From assembly GCA_000934665.2 (NCBI GenBank), contig JYFJ02000730.1, positions 62,001 to 112,718 of the forward strand: DNA of 50,718 bases, in the 5' to 3' direction. The position numbers and the translations under genes are program-made. Within the stretch, counting starts at the first letter, position 1, and each line of letters opens with the position of its first letter. Of this stretch, positions 13,359 through 24,731 are shown piece after piece. Under the pieces are notes generated by a model. It saw only the letters and a list, made by a program, of their open reading frames with translations, made no database searches and had not been told where the DNA came from. Source of the DNA: Catajapyx aquilonaris (taxonomy: Eukaryota).

Positions 13359-13391
13359 CGTGTGAAAAGCAGACGGCCTCTGGTTCCCACC
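13359..13391. promoter_or_regulatory. Su(H)/CSL paired site 3' of Hey
   Basis: CGTGTGAA-N17-TTCCCACC head to head, within a GC-rich island that also has CACGTG E-boxes. Confidence 0.65.
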
Positions 13392-14451
13392 CGCTCACCC
13401 CATATTATTTGGCATGGCCAAAGGGGGGGTGGAGTAGTCAAGGGGGGATGGGGGGGGGGGGAGCAGATTAAAAGGCCAGGGCGATTACAGAGCTCAGCTG
13501 TTGGGGTCTGTACAAATGTGACCTTCCAGGGTTTGAGGGGGGGCTGAAGAAAGTGTCCCACGTGGGTATAACAAGGGGGTATCTGGCTATTCCATCTGAA
13601 CGACACGTGCCCCCCTCCTAAATATTTGTAGGGGGGGCAACAGGAGGATATCAGGTGGTCATTTGGATGTTAAATTATGGACGTGGGTCCGAATGAAAAT
13701 GAATGGGGGTTGAATAATTTGACATTGGTCAACCTGCTGGTCTTTGAAGTATAATATGGTTTTGTCATCTGATTGCATAAAAGTCACTGAAATCACTAAA
13801 TCAACATTGTCTTTCACTGTGTTTATTTATTACGAATTGACAAAAAAAAGTTATCACAAAAATACAAAAAAAAAGGCTGTCCCTTTTCTGCAAGTAATGC
13901 TGCGCGATATCACTAGTGACTTATAAAAGGTGCACTTGGGCAAAATCACTGTACAGTTCTCTTTATGGTACCGTATACAATAAATAGCAAAAAAATTCAC
14001 TACTTGTTGCTGGTGAAGGCAGTGGCAAAAACACACGAATAATGTTCTGGACTAGATGAGGTCGCGGGTGTCACCAGAGAAAATCATTGTCACCTGAATC
14101 GCAATAATAAGTTTAATGCACGTATTAAGCCGCCAAAAACAAAAATGGTGTCGAGTGACAAGTAGTTTGATTCTGACCTCAAAAAATATTTTTATTTTTA
14201 TTTTATTTTTTTGTAATCGGCATCTGGTCTCGCTAAAATGATATAAATAAATAATTACAAACAGTCTGCTCCAAAAAAATAATTCAAGTGAAATGACTAG
14301 TGCCGAAAATGCTTATTAAAATCACTTATTGGGCCCCCTGGAAAGCGCTTTAAACACATTTTGTCTTTCTAGGCCCAATCATATGCCATCTGGGCCCCAC
14401 AGAGTGCATTGCGATGCTCATTCCAGGGCACAGGCACCAATCGCGAGACGC

Positions 14452-14656
14452 GCACCGCCTCCCTGACCGAGGAAATTGGCGGTCAGGACTTTTGGCGGTA
14501 AGGGAAATTGGCAGTCGGGACTTTTGGCGGTAAGGGAAATTGGGGGTCAGGATTTTTGGCGGTAAGGGAAATTGGCGGCCAGGACTTTTGGCGGTAAGGG
14601 AAATTGGCGGTCAGGATTTTTGGCGGTAAGGAAAATTGGCGGTTAGGCAGGCGGCC
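14452..14656. mobile_element. Small Mutator-like element made of a 32-bp repeat x5.5, in the Hey 3' region
   Basis: GGAAATTGGCGGTCAGGACTTTTGGCGGTAAG array, imperfect TIRs, flanking direct repeat CGCGAGACGC. Confidence 0.65.
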
Positions 14657-14890
14657 CGCGAGACGCACCTGCGTCTTGAAATGGGCGTGGCAATGCTCAC
14701 TCCAGGGCCCCGATGGGAAAGTACGGTTGGAATTACATCCAAAATGCGAACACTCGTTTTTCTTACATAATTTACACTACCCTCGGTAACAGTAATGGCA
14801 GGGATAATACTAATACGTAATAATTCACAACTCGTCTCCTGAGATCAATGGTTCGCATTTTCTTTGTTGTTGTCCCGATGCGCATGGTGA

Positions 14891-15369
14891 TCAGTATGCC
14901 AGTTCCGCTCCCCACGGCCTGTATGGCTTCATATGCGATTGCGCAGAAGCTGTGGACGTAGGCAAATGGTGGTATGGCATGTTGTGCTGTCCGGTGGGAG
15001 GGGCTTGCGACGTCGGAGGCGGGGCATACCCTGTGACGTCCGATGTAGCGTAGGGATCCAGGGAGGTGTACGTCGGTTGTGACAGGTGTGACGAATGGGG
15101 TGGGTGCGGCGGCGGTGGCGGTGGCGGTGGTGGAGGCGGGGGCGGCGCCACGGGCAGGCCCCAGGGCGAAGTGGCCTGCTTGGCTGCCAGTTCTCTCTGG
15201 GCAGCAAAGCACTGCAGGTGTGACATGAGCCTCATACGAAGGGGGTCTTGCAGGTCCAGTCCTTCCACTGTTACCAGGTATCTCGCTACTTCCGCGGCAC
15301 ATTCTCTGAACCCAATGTTGTGGTAGTCCATGGCGAATTTGTGCGGGTCCAGCGCCAGGGCGTCCACTC
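14891..15369 (-). CDS. Hey: Hey coding exon 3 (Orange domain, poly-Pro tract, YRPW motif)
   Basis: Acceptor TTGACAG at 15371-15370. Orange domain [18 protein letters not shown]...[11 protein letters not shown]-terminus [12 protein letters not shown]. Confidence 0.96.
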
Positions 15370-16124
15370 CTGTCAATACAAGTCAAGGAGAGGGTGAGAC
15401 ACCTGCTCAGAAATTGCCATATGACAATATACTGCCGTCCTATCAAACAAAAAAGTCAGACTATAACAGGTGGAAGGTCCATTGCAGGGTGTTATGGCTA
15501 ATAAAGTTTATTATCATTGACGTCAGTTAATTTGCACCTATCATTTCCAGGAAGGACTGTAGATAACAGCTTATCTTGTCATATTGAAAGCAACTGGTAT
15601 ATGATATTAAAGTTATTAATATCATATTCTTCAAGATTAGTGTATAATCTAATAACGTGGAAGTTTCAGTCTCCCAAAAAGTGACCAAATCAAGCGTTGA
15701 ACGAACAATACAATTTTTTTTTACAAGAATGGGGGACTTTTTGGGAGAGAGCTTATTCGATGATGCACAGGCTCAACAATCAAATTATTTGATTGTTGAG
15801 CCGCTGTGAGATCGCAAAAATCGCACTTGAAACACGATAATGGACATGACTTAATAATGGGGTTTAAAACAATGCAACTAAAAATTCAATTTCACGCGGT
15901 TACAGAAATAATATCACAGGATAAAAACGAAAAATAAAAATAAAATAAAATGTCTTACCAAGTTTAAGTGCAGCTTTACCTCCTCGGGTATTACGTACGC
16001 CAAAAATAAATAAGCAGAAATTAATAAACATAAAAAGGAACAAAACAGAAACGAAAATAATAAAAGTGCATGGTAGGGTGATATAGTTACAATAATGTTA
16101 GAGTGGCATTGAGTGGATGCCTAC

Positions 16125-16336
16125 CTTTGGCGTGCAGCATCTTGAGGTGGTCGACGGTCATCTGGAGGATCTCTGCCTTCTCCAGCTTGGCCGACCCTTG
16201 CTTCTCGAAGGCCGAGGGCACCAGTCTCCGGAGCTCAGCCAGAGAGCTGTTGATCCTGTCCCTCCTTCTCTTCTCGATGATGCCCCGTCTCCTCTTTCGG
16301 CTCAACATATGACAACTGTCTGCATCCTGGGCAGTG
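16125..16336 (-). CDS. Hey: Hey coding exon 2 (bHLH domain)
   Basis: Acceptor TACTGCAG at 16338-16337. Encodes [57 protein letters not shown], with the Hey-diagnostic glycine in the basic region. Phase-1 donor GTAGGC at 16124. Confidence 0.96.
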
Positions 16337-17413
16337 CTGCAGTATCAAGAAAATTGATGGTGTCCATTCAGTGCACACTATAATAGCAATACTCGTACAC
16401 ACCGAGAAAACTATCGATTCGGTCGTCTGACCATCTTGGACATACCAACTTGGAGGATTTCTCTTGTCATCACACAAAATAACACCATATCTTATACCAG
16501 TGTCAATGGGAACATTTCTCCACATCATATAGGCAGATTAGGCTGATTTTTCTGACATCAAGATACAGTACACTCATATATTATATTATGCGATGGACCA
16601 AAAAATGGATGCAAAATCACAACTGTCTCGTTTATCTCTCGACGTATAGTAAACCTGTTCTGTGTGCGTCTCAAACTCTCAAATGAACAAGAGGTGTTTT
16701 CTATAGCTCGATCAACCGAAACCTGCCTATAGCCTATACTAGTACTATAGAATCACTTTTCTGATAAGAAAAAAAAGGCCTCCCGCGGCGCCGAAGGGAG
16801 TAAAAAACTGTTGGGATTGTACGATTCATTTCCTTGTTGCCAAAAGAATTCATCCACATTGTCATAATTAAATGGTAAGTTTGGGTCTCTGAGTTTGGAC
16901 ATTGAGTATTCACCCCCCATTATACCCCCCATCGAACTAAAAGAAAACTAATTATAAGAAAAATAATTATTTATACAAAATATATATCACGGAAGCTATC
17001 AATAATTATTGAGGCATTGACATGGGGGAACATAAGTCACAAAGAAAAAAATAATGTGCATCAATTTAAAAATAATGTTAAACTCAAAAATTGCTTTTAA
17101 CTTGGAATTTTCGTAGTGGCTTAATGGCTGGGTAAGTCCAATAAAATCCTTAAGAGTACTTCCAGCGATTACTTAGCTACCCTGGTACTTCTGACTTAGC
17201 AATGACCAGTGTAGTGCAGTTAGCAGTAACTAGTTACTAGTAGCATGTCAAAAATTCCACCCTTTGACTTTTAATAATAATTACTTTTTTTTTTTGCAAC
17301 AAAACGATCCAATCTGGAACTCAATGAGCTCCACGAGCATTGCTGGTCTTTTTTTTTAAATGGTTTACTTAAAAAAAAAAAACAAGTGGACAGGTGTAAA
17401 AGTATGTACTCAC

Positions 17414-17583
17414 ACATCTCTGGAGGAATTCCCGTCGTCTGAGAAGGCGTCGTCGCAATCGACGTCACTGTCACTGAGACACCTCTTCATGTTGTTGTTG
17501 GTAGATGTGGGACTGGAAGCAACACACGACCAATCTGGTCCAACCACACCGTCCGACTGGTGATGATGGTCGGAGGACAGCAT
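17414..17583 (-). CDS. Hey: Hey (hairy/E(spl)-related with YRPW), coding exon 1
   Basis: MLSSDHHH...MKRCLSDSDVDCDDAFSDDGNSSRD resembles the KRxxSxSDxDD N-terminus of Hey proteins. Phase-2 donor GTGAGT at 17413 joins exon 2 in frame. Start is ATG 17583 (286 aa) or 17490 (MKR, 255 aa). Confidence 0.8.
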
Positions 17584-17659
17584 TTTGTGTGGGTTGGTTG
17601 GTGGAGGGGGGGGGGNGTGGGTGGGTTTGGGTTGGGTTGTTGAGGTCGCGCGTTGGCCG

Positions 17660-17704
17660 CGTGTGAGGAAGCGCGGGAAGCCGTTCCCACGGGCGCCGTG
17701 TGAA
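17660..17704. promoter_or_regulatory. Su(H)/CSL paired site plus a third CSL site at the 5' end of Hey
   Basis: CGTGTGAG-N16-TTCCCACG head to head (17660-17691), and CGTGTGAA at 17697-17704. Confidence 0.7.
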
Positions 17705-20190
17705 CCTTTCTGGGGGGACAGAATACTATACAACTTCCAACTTGGGGAGGGGGGATACACAGAGGAAAAGTAAGAGGAGGGGGGGAAAGAGAAAAGTACA
17801 AGGGACATGAGCCGAACGCTTTGCACACGTGACCTTGTGGGGTCACTTCTTCTTCTTCTTTTATTTACCGCAGCTGGCAAAAAGCCAACTTCGCTCTACC
17901 TGCGGTTTTTCAGAGAGAAGAGCTGGTGTTTGACCAAAAGGCGGTAATTAGTGGCCAGAGGGATCCAGGAGATAGTACACTGGCCCGACAAAGGACATCC
18001 TCGAGGCACCTACAGCCAAAAGCTGGGAAATGCGACGAATTCCCATGATCAGGTGTGGTTATAATGCGACGTTACATGCATACTCCAACAATAGCCATAT
18101 AATAATATGAATTTCTCCAAGTCGCAAAATGACGTCATATTTAACAGAGAAGACGTCATTATAGAGAGTTTCATATAAAAAGAACTTGACGTCACTTTCA
18201 TTGTTGGTGGCATTGTTGATGTCATTGAAGGCCATTATTGCAGTTGTGACATCAGAACCCAGCGGATTATGCACGGTCACATATTTGTACAAAGGGGCCA
18301 AGGATTAACAGAGGGACGCCGCCACGACTCTCGATTTACAGTGATAATAAAACTACGCGTAGGTAAATAAGAAATGTAACACATGCGAAGGGCAAAAAAT
18401 TTAATTAGCACATATTAGTGCGAGTAGCCTTTCCAGGCAACTTTACAAAAACTTGCGGGCAATACAGCAATAAGTGGCAATACCACAGCATCCAATAATC
18501 CAGTAAAATATAGTTCATTTGCATTATTTTCATCCGTATCTTTGTTTTCTTTCTGGGCCAACATGGACAAACTGTTCCGTGTGAATCCAAATGAAGGAGA
18601 CAGGAAGTGCAGTGTTCCAGAAATTTTGCATGTGAGCTGCTGGTGTGGCACACTTTGCTGCACCGAAAATATCCATGCATACTAGTCCTTATGGAAAACT
18701 CAAAACAGGTGTGTGTGGTCTGCTGCAAGTAGATATGAAGCAGAATTACTCATTGTCAGTCCCCGGATTTCTGAAAGTTCCCACTGTTATCGAGACTTGT
18801 TCATTATAACGACATTAAAACGGTGACGTCAATCTGAATTTTCAGAAATTGTGTTGTGTGCAAACTACTGACTTTGACAATAAACCGCAATAAAACGAAT
18901 AAACAAAAGCTCCTCAAAATTGTTTTTCTTCGTATGGTATGTCGGTGGAATGCAAAACATCATATATACATTATCAGTGAATAATCTTTAGAAATGAAAC
19001 AAAATGAAAAGAATTCCAGTGAAAGCTGTTGTCTACAGATAATAATGTGAACACTGTCATTAAGCCTGGAATTTATACATATCGCCCAAGTCGCCAGTTC
19101 AAGTCGAGAGCTAACGAAGAAAGTGGATTGTTTACCCGAGCAACCAAGTCATCAGAATAAGCAACATTGCTGATTGTCTTTACAACAATGAGCACAATGA
19201 AAATTTTCGTACTGGAAAAAATTTGTAGTTAATTCGACATTTTTCCAATTTTTTAAAAACGCAAATGAAGGTTAAATTGCGGATTAAGCTCTATACTATA
19301 CTGGGTTCAGTGGGGCTTAACGTCGGCATATTTCTGCCTCTAACACCAGGGGGTGGTCCTCCTCCTGGAAATCTGGCCACTCTAGTGATCTTGAACGTGC
19401 ACTCGCGCAATGTCACAAGCTATATACCGGTACTACTCTGCATTTATTTAATTTGCAGTCATTTTTTTTCCATAATTTGCAACAGGCCAATTATGACTAA
19501 CACATTCCTCTAGTAGCATAGTTAAAATTGGTACGATATAGTAAACATCAATTAGCATGGGTTCTCACCCCTCCATGTTTGCTCAAGTTGCCATCAAAAC
19601 TAAACAAAAGCTTTTAACAACAACCTGTTTCTTTCACCCATCAGAAACCCCCTTCCAAAATAATTCTCCCCCCTCTTTTCCTACCCTTACCCTTTTGTGT
19701 GTCATTATTTTTCAACACGCTCCAATAACCACCACCCCCTAATTATTCTAATGCATCAAAAGTAATTGATTGAAGCTGATGGGGGGGATAATCTGTCGTA
19801 ATTTTTTAAAATCCACCCTTGCCATCGCCCCTTTTTAAGCGCACATATTGGCGACATTATGCAAATTTCTGGACAGGCTTAGCTTCTCACACTGTCCGAG
19901 AGTGTTTTACGTGTGCCCTTGGCTCACTTTCGGACACATTTTAGGAGCAAAAACCGGTTTTTCTCGCTCTCATTGACCTACTCGTATAAAGTGATGTAAC
20001 ACGTTGCGTGAGTTCAAAGCACGGTTTAATTACGATTGGTCAGAATTAAGCTGTGGGCTCAAATCGACCAATCACACGCTAGCAATGTCGAAACGATGCG
20101 CACTTTTATTATTACATAACCGGATTAAAACTGTTGGCAAGCCTGTAAACAATTACGCAATTACGTTCGTTGAGCAGATGAAAGTGAGCA

Positions 20191-20315
20191 TATCGATATA
20201 CGTACTGCAACCACACGCGAAAAAAAATTGGCGAATTCAACATGTTCGCTGAATAACCATATCGATATATTTTTTGCAAACATATCGATATTTTGTGGGT
20301 GCATCAGTATCGATA
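20191..20315. promoter_or_regulatory. TMEM18 promoter with four DRE (DREF) elements
   Basis: TATCGATA at 20191, 20260, 20283 and 20308, directly upstream of the ATG. A YY1-like AAGATGGCGG overlaps the start. Confidence 0.75.
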
Positions 20316-20366
20316 TTATGGCGGCCATGCTGGAAAAAAAAAACAATCGAGCGTCGCACAAAAAAG

Positions 20367-20444
20367 ATGGCGGAAAGTGAGTTGCCGTCCGCCGATTTCC
20401 TCCCGTCTCAAGCGATCCAGGGAGTCTGGACGTACCTCCAGAGC
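20367..20444 (+). CDS. TMEM18: Transmembrane protein 18, exon 1
   Basis: AAGATGG start, MAESELPSADFLPSQAIQGVWTYLQS, phase-0 donor GTGAGT. Joins in frame to IDW-DPW of exon 2. Preceded by four DRE motifs. Confidence 0.85.
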
Positions 20445-20885
20445 GTGAGTACACCTTCCAAAACAAACCGGTCTAGGACATGAACGGGAAAAATCCAGCA
20501 TGAAGCCAGTTTTCGATACTTTTTACGGGGACATGTTGTGAAATGTTTCGATTTGGCATGTCAAAAGTTCGAACCGGGTTTTTTTTAATTTAGAACACAC
20601 ACGTTTTTAATTTGATTTGAGTTTATTGAACATGCTGGATAAATGAGCGGTTCTTTATTTGTATTCTATTATGGATTCTGATGGCTGCTAAATAAATTTT
20701 TTGTGTGTGTTAATTCAAACATGTTATGTAAACAACATGTAAGAGAGTTAGGTGCACTTTTTTTTTTATATATGAAGGTTGAGAGGAGTAATTTTTGCAG
20801 ATCATCATGGCAGGGATGCTTGGATAAGTAGTTTACAGGGTGGAACGTATCCCACGGGATGACTGTTCTCGTGGATCTCAAATAA

Positions 20886-21018
20886 AGGCCATTTCACAAA
20901 AAAAAAGTCGCGCGGCATATTTCTCATTTATATTTATTATTGCCAATAATTAATAACAATTGGCGGGGCATGCGTTTGCCGCCTGTCGCCGCCGCGAAAT
21001 CTTTTTGTGTTTTGGCCT
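20886..21018. mobile_element. Tourist/PIF-like MITE
   Basis: TIR AGGCCA...CACAAAAA / TTTTTGTG...TGGCCT with TAA TSD. Confidence 0.65.
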
Positions 21019-21038
21019 TAAGACAACAACCACAATAA

Positions 21039-21201
21039 AGGCCCATTCACACAGGCCGTCGACGGTTTTGGTTTTTGGTCTCGTCGACGCCGCGGACCAA
21101 TCAGAACGGGCCCTCACGTAAACAACGCGTCATGGTTACCGTGAGGGCCAGCTCTGATTGGTCCAAAACCAAAACCGTCGACGGCCTGTGTGAATGGGCC
21201 T
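21039..21201. mobile_element. Tourist/PIF-like MITE
   Basis: Perfect long TIR AGGCCCATTCACACAGGCCGTCGACGGTTTTGGTTTT with TAA TSD. Confidence 0.9.
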
Positions 21202-21462
21202 TAACATCACGACATTTCCCTATGGTTACGCCTGGAATTTTCTGCGAGTGATTGACCAAATATTTTTCTTTTTGGTCGTGGCGAAATGATCGGGAGAACC
21301 GCAAAAATAAGATCAGTCGGAAATTGCATTTACAAAATTAGCCAGGTGGCTGATCAGCCGTTTGTTCAATAATTCAATAACATTGTAAATGTTCGCAAGA
21401 TATTATGAGTAGTTCCCATCTCCCTGATGTGCCTGAATTTTAAACAAATATTTTTACAAGCA

Positions 21463-21465
<3 letters not shown>

Positions 21466-21517
<52 letters not shown>

Positions 21518-21772
21518 GATACCCCGTGATAAGCCTCCTTGGGCTTTTTAGGGGATCATCTTTTTAATAGACAGACTTTAATAATTTGCCTGTAATGTGA
21601 TGGATTTTGATAGTGGGAGGAAACGGGAGAACCCCGAGAAAACCCACGCGAACACGGAGAGAACCCATCGAAACTCTATCCACATAAGTATCCTCCATCC
21701 GACCCGGGTTCGAACTCGGGACCTTAGAGGTGGAAGGCTGCGGGGCTAACCACTCGGCCACCGTGTCGTCCC
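21466..21772 (-). mobile_element. Full-length tRNA-derived SINE with a V-domain-like core
   Basis: A box TGGCCGAGTGG, B box GAGTTCGAACC, core GCGTGGGTTTTCTCGGGGTTCTCCCGTTTCCTCCCAC, (ATT)n tail, and perfect 14-bp TSD TTTTACAAGCAAAT. Confidence 0.9.
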
Positions 21773-21973
21773 TTTTACAAGCAAATGAAAAACTAAAACA
21801 TCTGTACAAGTGTCCACACTTTCATATATTTTTAAATTATTAATTTTATGTAACTGTAGACATGTCCCTCATAGCGCTATAGGGAAGTATAGGAATATTA
21901 TGGGTTAAGACATTGCCCCGTTAAAGTTAAACCTGTGCGGATTTAGCGAAAGTATGACCATTGCAGAATTTAA

Positions 21974-22240
21974 CCCTGGAACCATGCCGTGGGGTCATTT
22001 CGGACCCCAAAGGAATTAAAATGCATTAAAATTCCAATTACAATTTGAACTGTTTGCCATTTTAAAAAAAAGTATATAACAGGAAGTGCATGTTTATTTT
22101 GAATTTGCAACCATTTTAAGCATTGTTCAAAGAATGATTGCATATTATACTCAATACATTGAAAAGTATTATATAAAGATTAATAAAAACTAAAATACGG
22201 CATGGTTAACGTAACTTTCAGGCACGGCACGGTTCAAGGG
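21974..22240. mobile_element. piggyBac-like MITE
   Basis: TTAA TSD; TIR CCCTGGAACCATGCCGT / ACGGCACGGTTCAAGGG. Confidence 0.8.
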
Positions 22241-22260
22241 TTAAGCTTGGGTCTTGGTTC

Positions 22261-22445
22261 ACAGGATTGTAATGTACGGAAAATGAGAGAACGATCTGAC
22301 GTCATTCAAAGTTTCCATGGAAATACTCTCGCAGAACAATATGCGTAAACAGTGTCTACGAAAAAGGCAACAATGTATGAAACGATAACTTCAGATCGTT
22401 CTCTCGTTTTCTGTACAGTAAATATTTGCATAATCAAAACCTGTT
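22261..22445. mobile_element. Degenerate palindromic MITE
   Basis: GTACGGAAAATGAGAGAACGATCTGA inverted against TCAGATCGTTCTCTCGTTTTCTGTAC. Confidence 0.55.
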
Positions 22446-23407
22446 CAGTAGGGATGCTTTTCTTGGAACGATCAATAACTTTCACTTTAACGTGCTTATT
22501 TCAGGTTATGTGTAGCAAAGAGTTCTGAATAATTTGATCGTGACGATGGTGATGGCATAGTAGTAACATTTCTTATTCCATCGTCATGAACCGTCACTTG
22601 CTTATTCAAGTGCAATTTTGCATAGGATGGAGGAAGAGGTTCCCAAGGAAGGCACTGTTAAATATTCAGAAGTCATTTTAACTCGCTTAATTACATGGAC
22701 CTTGTCTCTAGGCGACAGTCGAGTGCAAGTCTGCTTGATCTTGTCGGTAGAAAAGAGGAAGAAGGGCGTTTGGTAAAGCAAAGCGTGGAACATATACCGT
22801 CACACCATTCCAGATAGTGTAGCACTAGTAGTCGTAAGCTTTTCATATATTAAATTTGGCAGTTAGGTTAAATAAGTTCGTCAGTTGTCTGTCGTAGTAC
22901 ATTTATCTTTCAGAAAACAGTGTTTTCATCTGCGGGGTAAAATATGAGCACTGCAGAACTTCCTTTAGGTTCATTGCAGTGCAAGATACGGTAGTGTGTG
23001 TTTGTGCGCAAAATCAAATAAAGAGATAAGATGTTCAAATCAAGTATGTTCTTGAAGATAAATCAGAGGAATGAACAGGCAAAGGGTAATATGAACAATG
23101 GTTTTTTTTGAGGCAACTGACCATATCCATTGCCACAGTTGTTTTTCCTGATATGCTCTGCTGACTAGTACTATTCGCTTGATGAAAGTAACAATGGTTA
23201 TGTTGATATTGTACACTACCACACTGCGGTGCAACTGGAAAGATAGAAAAGGATTACTTTAGGCCCTCTGCTCGTTCGTGGGCATACAATGTTTGTTCAG
23301 TCAGACCTAGTAATTTCTGCAAGTAAATCAGTCAGTGTTTCTCCAAAAGTGGGGTATATTTTAGGCTAATTTGACAGCTGCTGATTTTTTTTTCCTCCCC
23401 TTTACAG

Positions 23408-23525
23408 ATAGACTGGTATGACCCATGGTTGGTGGGCCTGATTGCATTCCACGTGCTCATCACACTCACAACGTTGGTTACCCGCAACCATGGCAACATT
23501 CAGGCTGCCCTCTTCCTTGTGCTGC
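23408..23525 (+). CDS. TMEM18: TMEM18 exon 2
   Basis: Polypyrimidine tract plus TTACAG acceptor. IDWYDPWLVGLIAFHVLITLTTLVTRNHGNIQAALFLVL matches the TMEM18 DW.EPWL.GL..FH motif. Phase-1 donor GTAAGT. Confidence 0.93.
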
Positions 23526-23748
23526 GTAAGTATACGTGGACACCCATATTGTCCAGTGGCAGCCACCTCCAGGAAATGTATTTTCAGGTCAAGTAAAGTT
23601 TGTTACACATTTGTTGACAATGCCATTAAAAGTGGCCCCATGTCTTGTGCGAAACTGTGCATCTTATAAGCTAAAATTTTTTATGAAGTCGACTGTGTAC
23701 TGAAGGTTTTTAGCTTATGGTGTCTCCGTTTTTTTTTCTTCATGTCAG

Positions 23749-23897
23749 TGGTCCTGGTGTACTTCTCCGAGAGCATAAACGAGGTGGCAGCACAGAACTG
23801 GCATGTCTTCTCACGGCAGCAGTACTTTGACTCCAAGGGAATGTTCATTTCCTTAGTATTTTCCGTTCCCATCCTGTTCAACTGCATGATAATGGTG
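23749..23897 (+). CDS. TMEM18: TMEM18 exon 3
   Basis: [48 protein letters not shown], the TMEM18 signature (NE.AA.NW..FS..QYFDS.GMFIS). Flanked by CAG and GTAAGT. Confidence 0.95.
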
Positions 23898-24731
23898 GTA
23901 AGTACTGGTGATCCTGCAAGTGCCCTTAGGTTGGGTCAGGTTACGTACTGTTGCATAAGCCAGATACATTTTAGCATCATTTACAAAGCACGATGGGTAA
24001 AAAAACCTTGTAATGAAAGTGCTTATCATGCCCTTATCACTGTCTGCATATCGACAGACTGACCCGCACCAATGCAAGACTGCACCAGACAGTGACGTAT
24101 ATTATCACAAAACTAATGAATAATTTGAAAATAAATGGTTCAAACGAAATCTTTATTTTCCAAGTTGTGTATGAAGTATCTTTATCAGTTGTGGTGTACA
24201 CTGGCTGTGCTCTTCACTGGTCAGGGGGACAAACAATTTATTTGCATTCATTCATTGCATTTTACGAGTAGATCAAGCGCTGTGAATAAACTTCTGCCCA
24301 GCTGCATATCAGACAGTTCCATATGGCGTACGCCTCTTTTACACACATGGCTGAGCACTTTGCAATGATAGATCTGGCCTGAAATCTTGATTTTAATATT
24401 ACCTTCACTATCTTTGTGAACATGAAGGTAGGTACGCAGCATGGATGTCCCCAAATAAACCAAATTCTTGAGAATGGGATACATAATTTAATTAATTAAG
24501 TGGCCTGCCTCATGTAATTTCAAGTGTTAGTCAGAGTATTATTGTTTGAATAGTGACCAAACACTTGTAGGTAATGAAATTAGTCACGTTCCACATTTTG
24601 TATTTGTAAGTTAAGGTTTTGATGCCAGAATTTCACAGCGCAGAATGTAACAATATGGAGATGAATTTTTCAAAAGCATACTGTTGTTGTTCATGTAAAT
24701 TGTTCAGTTCGTAATTAATTTCTTTGATCAG

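Noticed and set aside
17617..17617. N bases in G/C homopolymers (also 7336, 30871, 37279)
   Set aside because: Sequencing uncertainty; ORFs crossing them (e.g. 17410-17880) are not trusted upstream of the N.
21700..21772. tRNA genes (also ~13080-13155 and ~38520-38594)
   Set aside because: A/B boxes are present, but they are SINE heads attached to bodies, tails or TSDs, without a proper cloverleaf.
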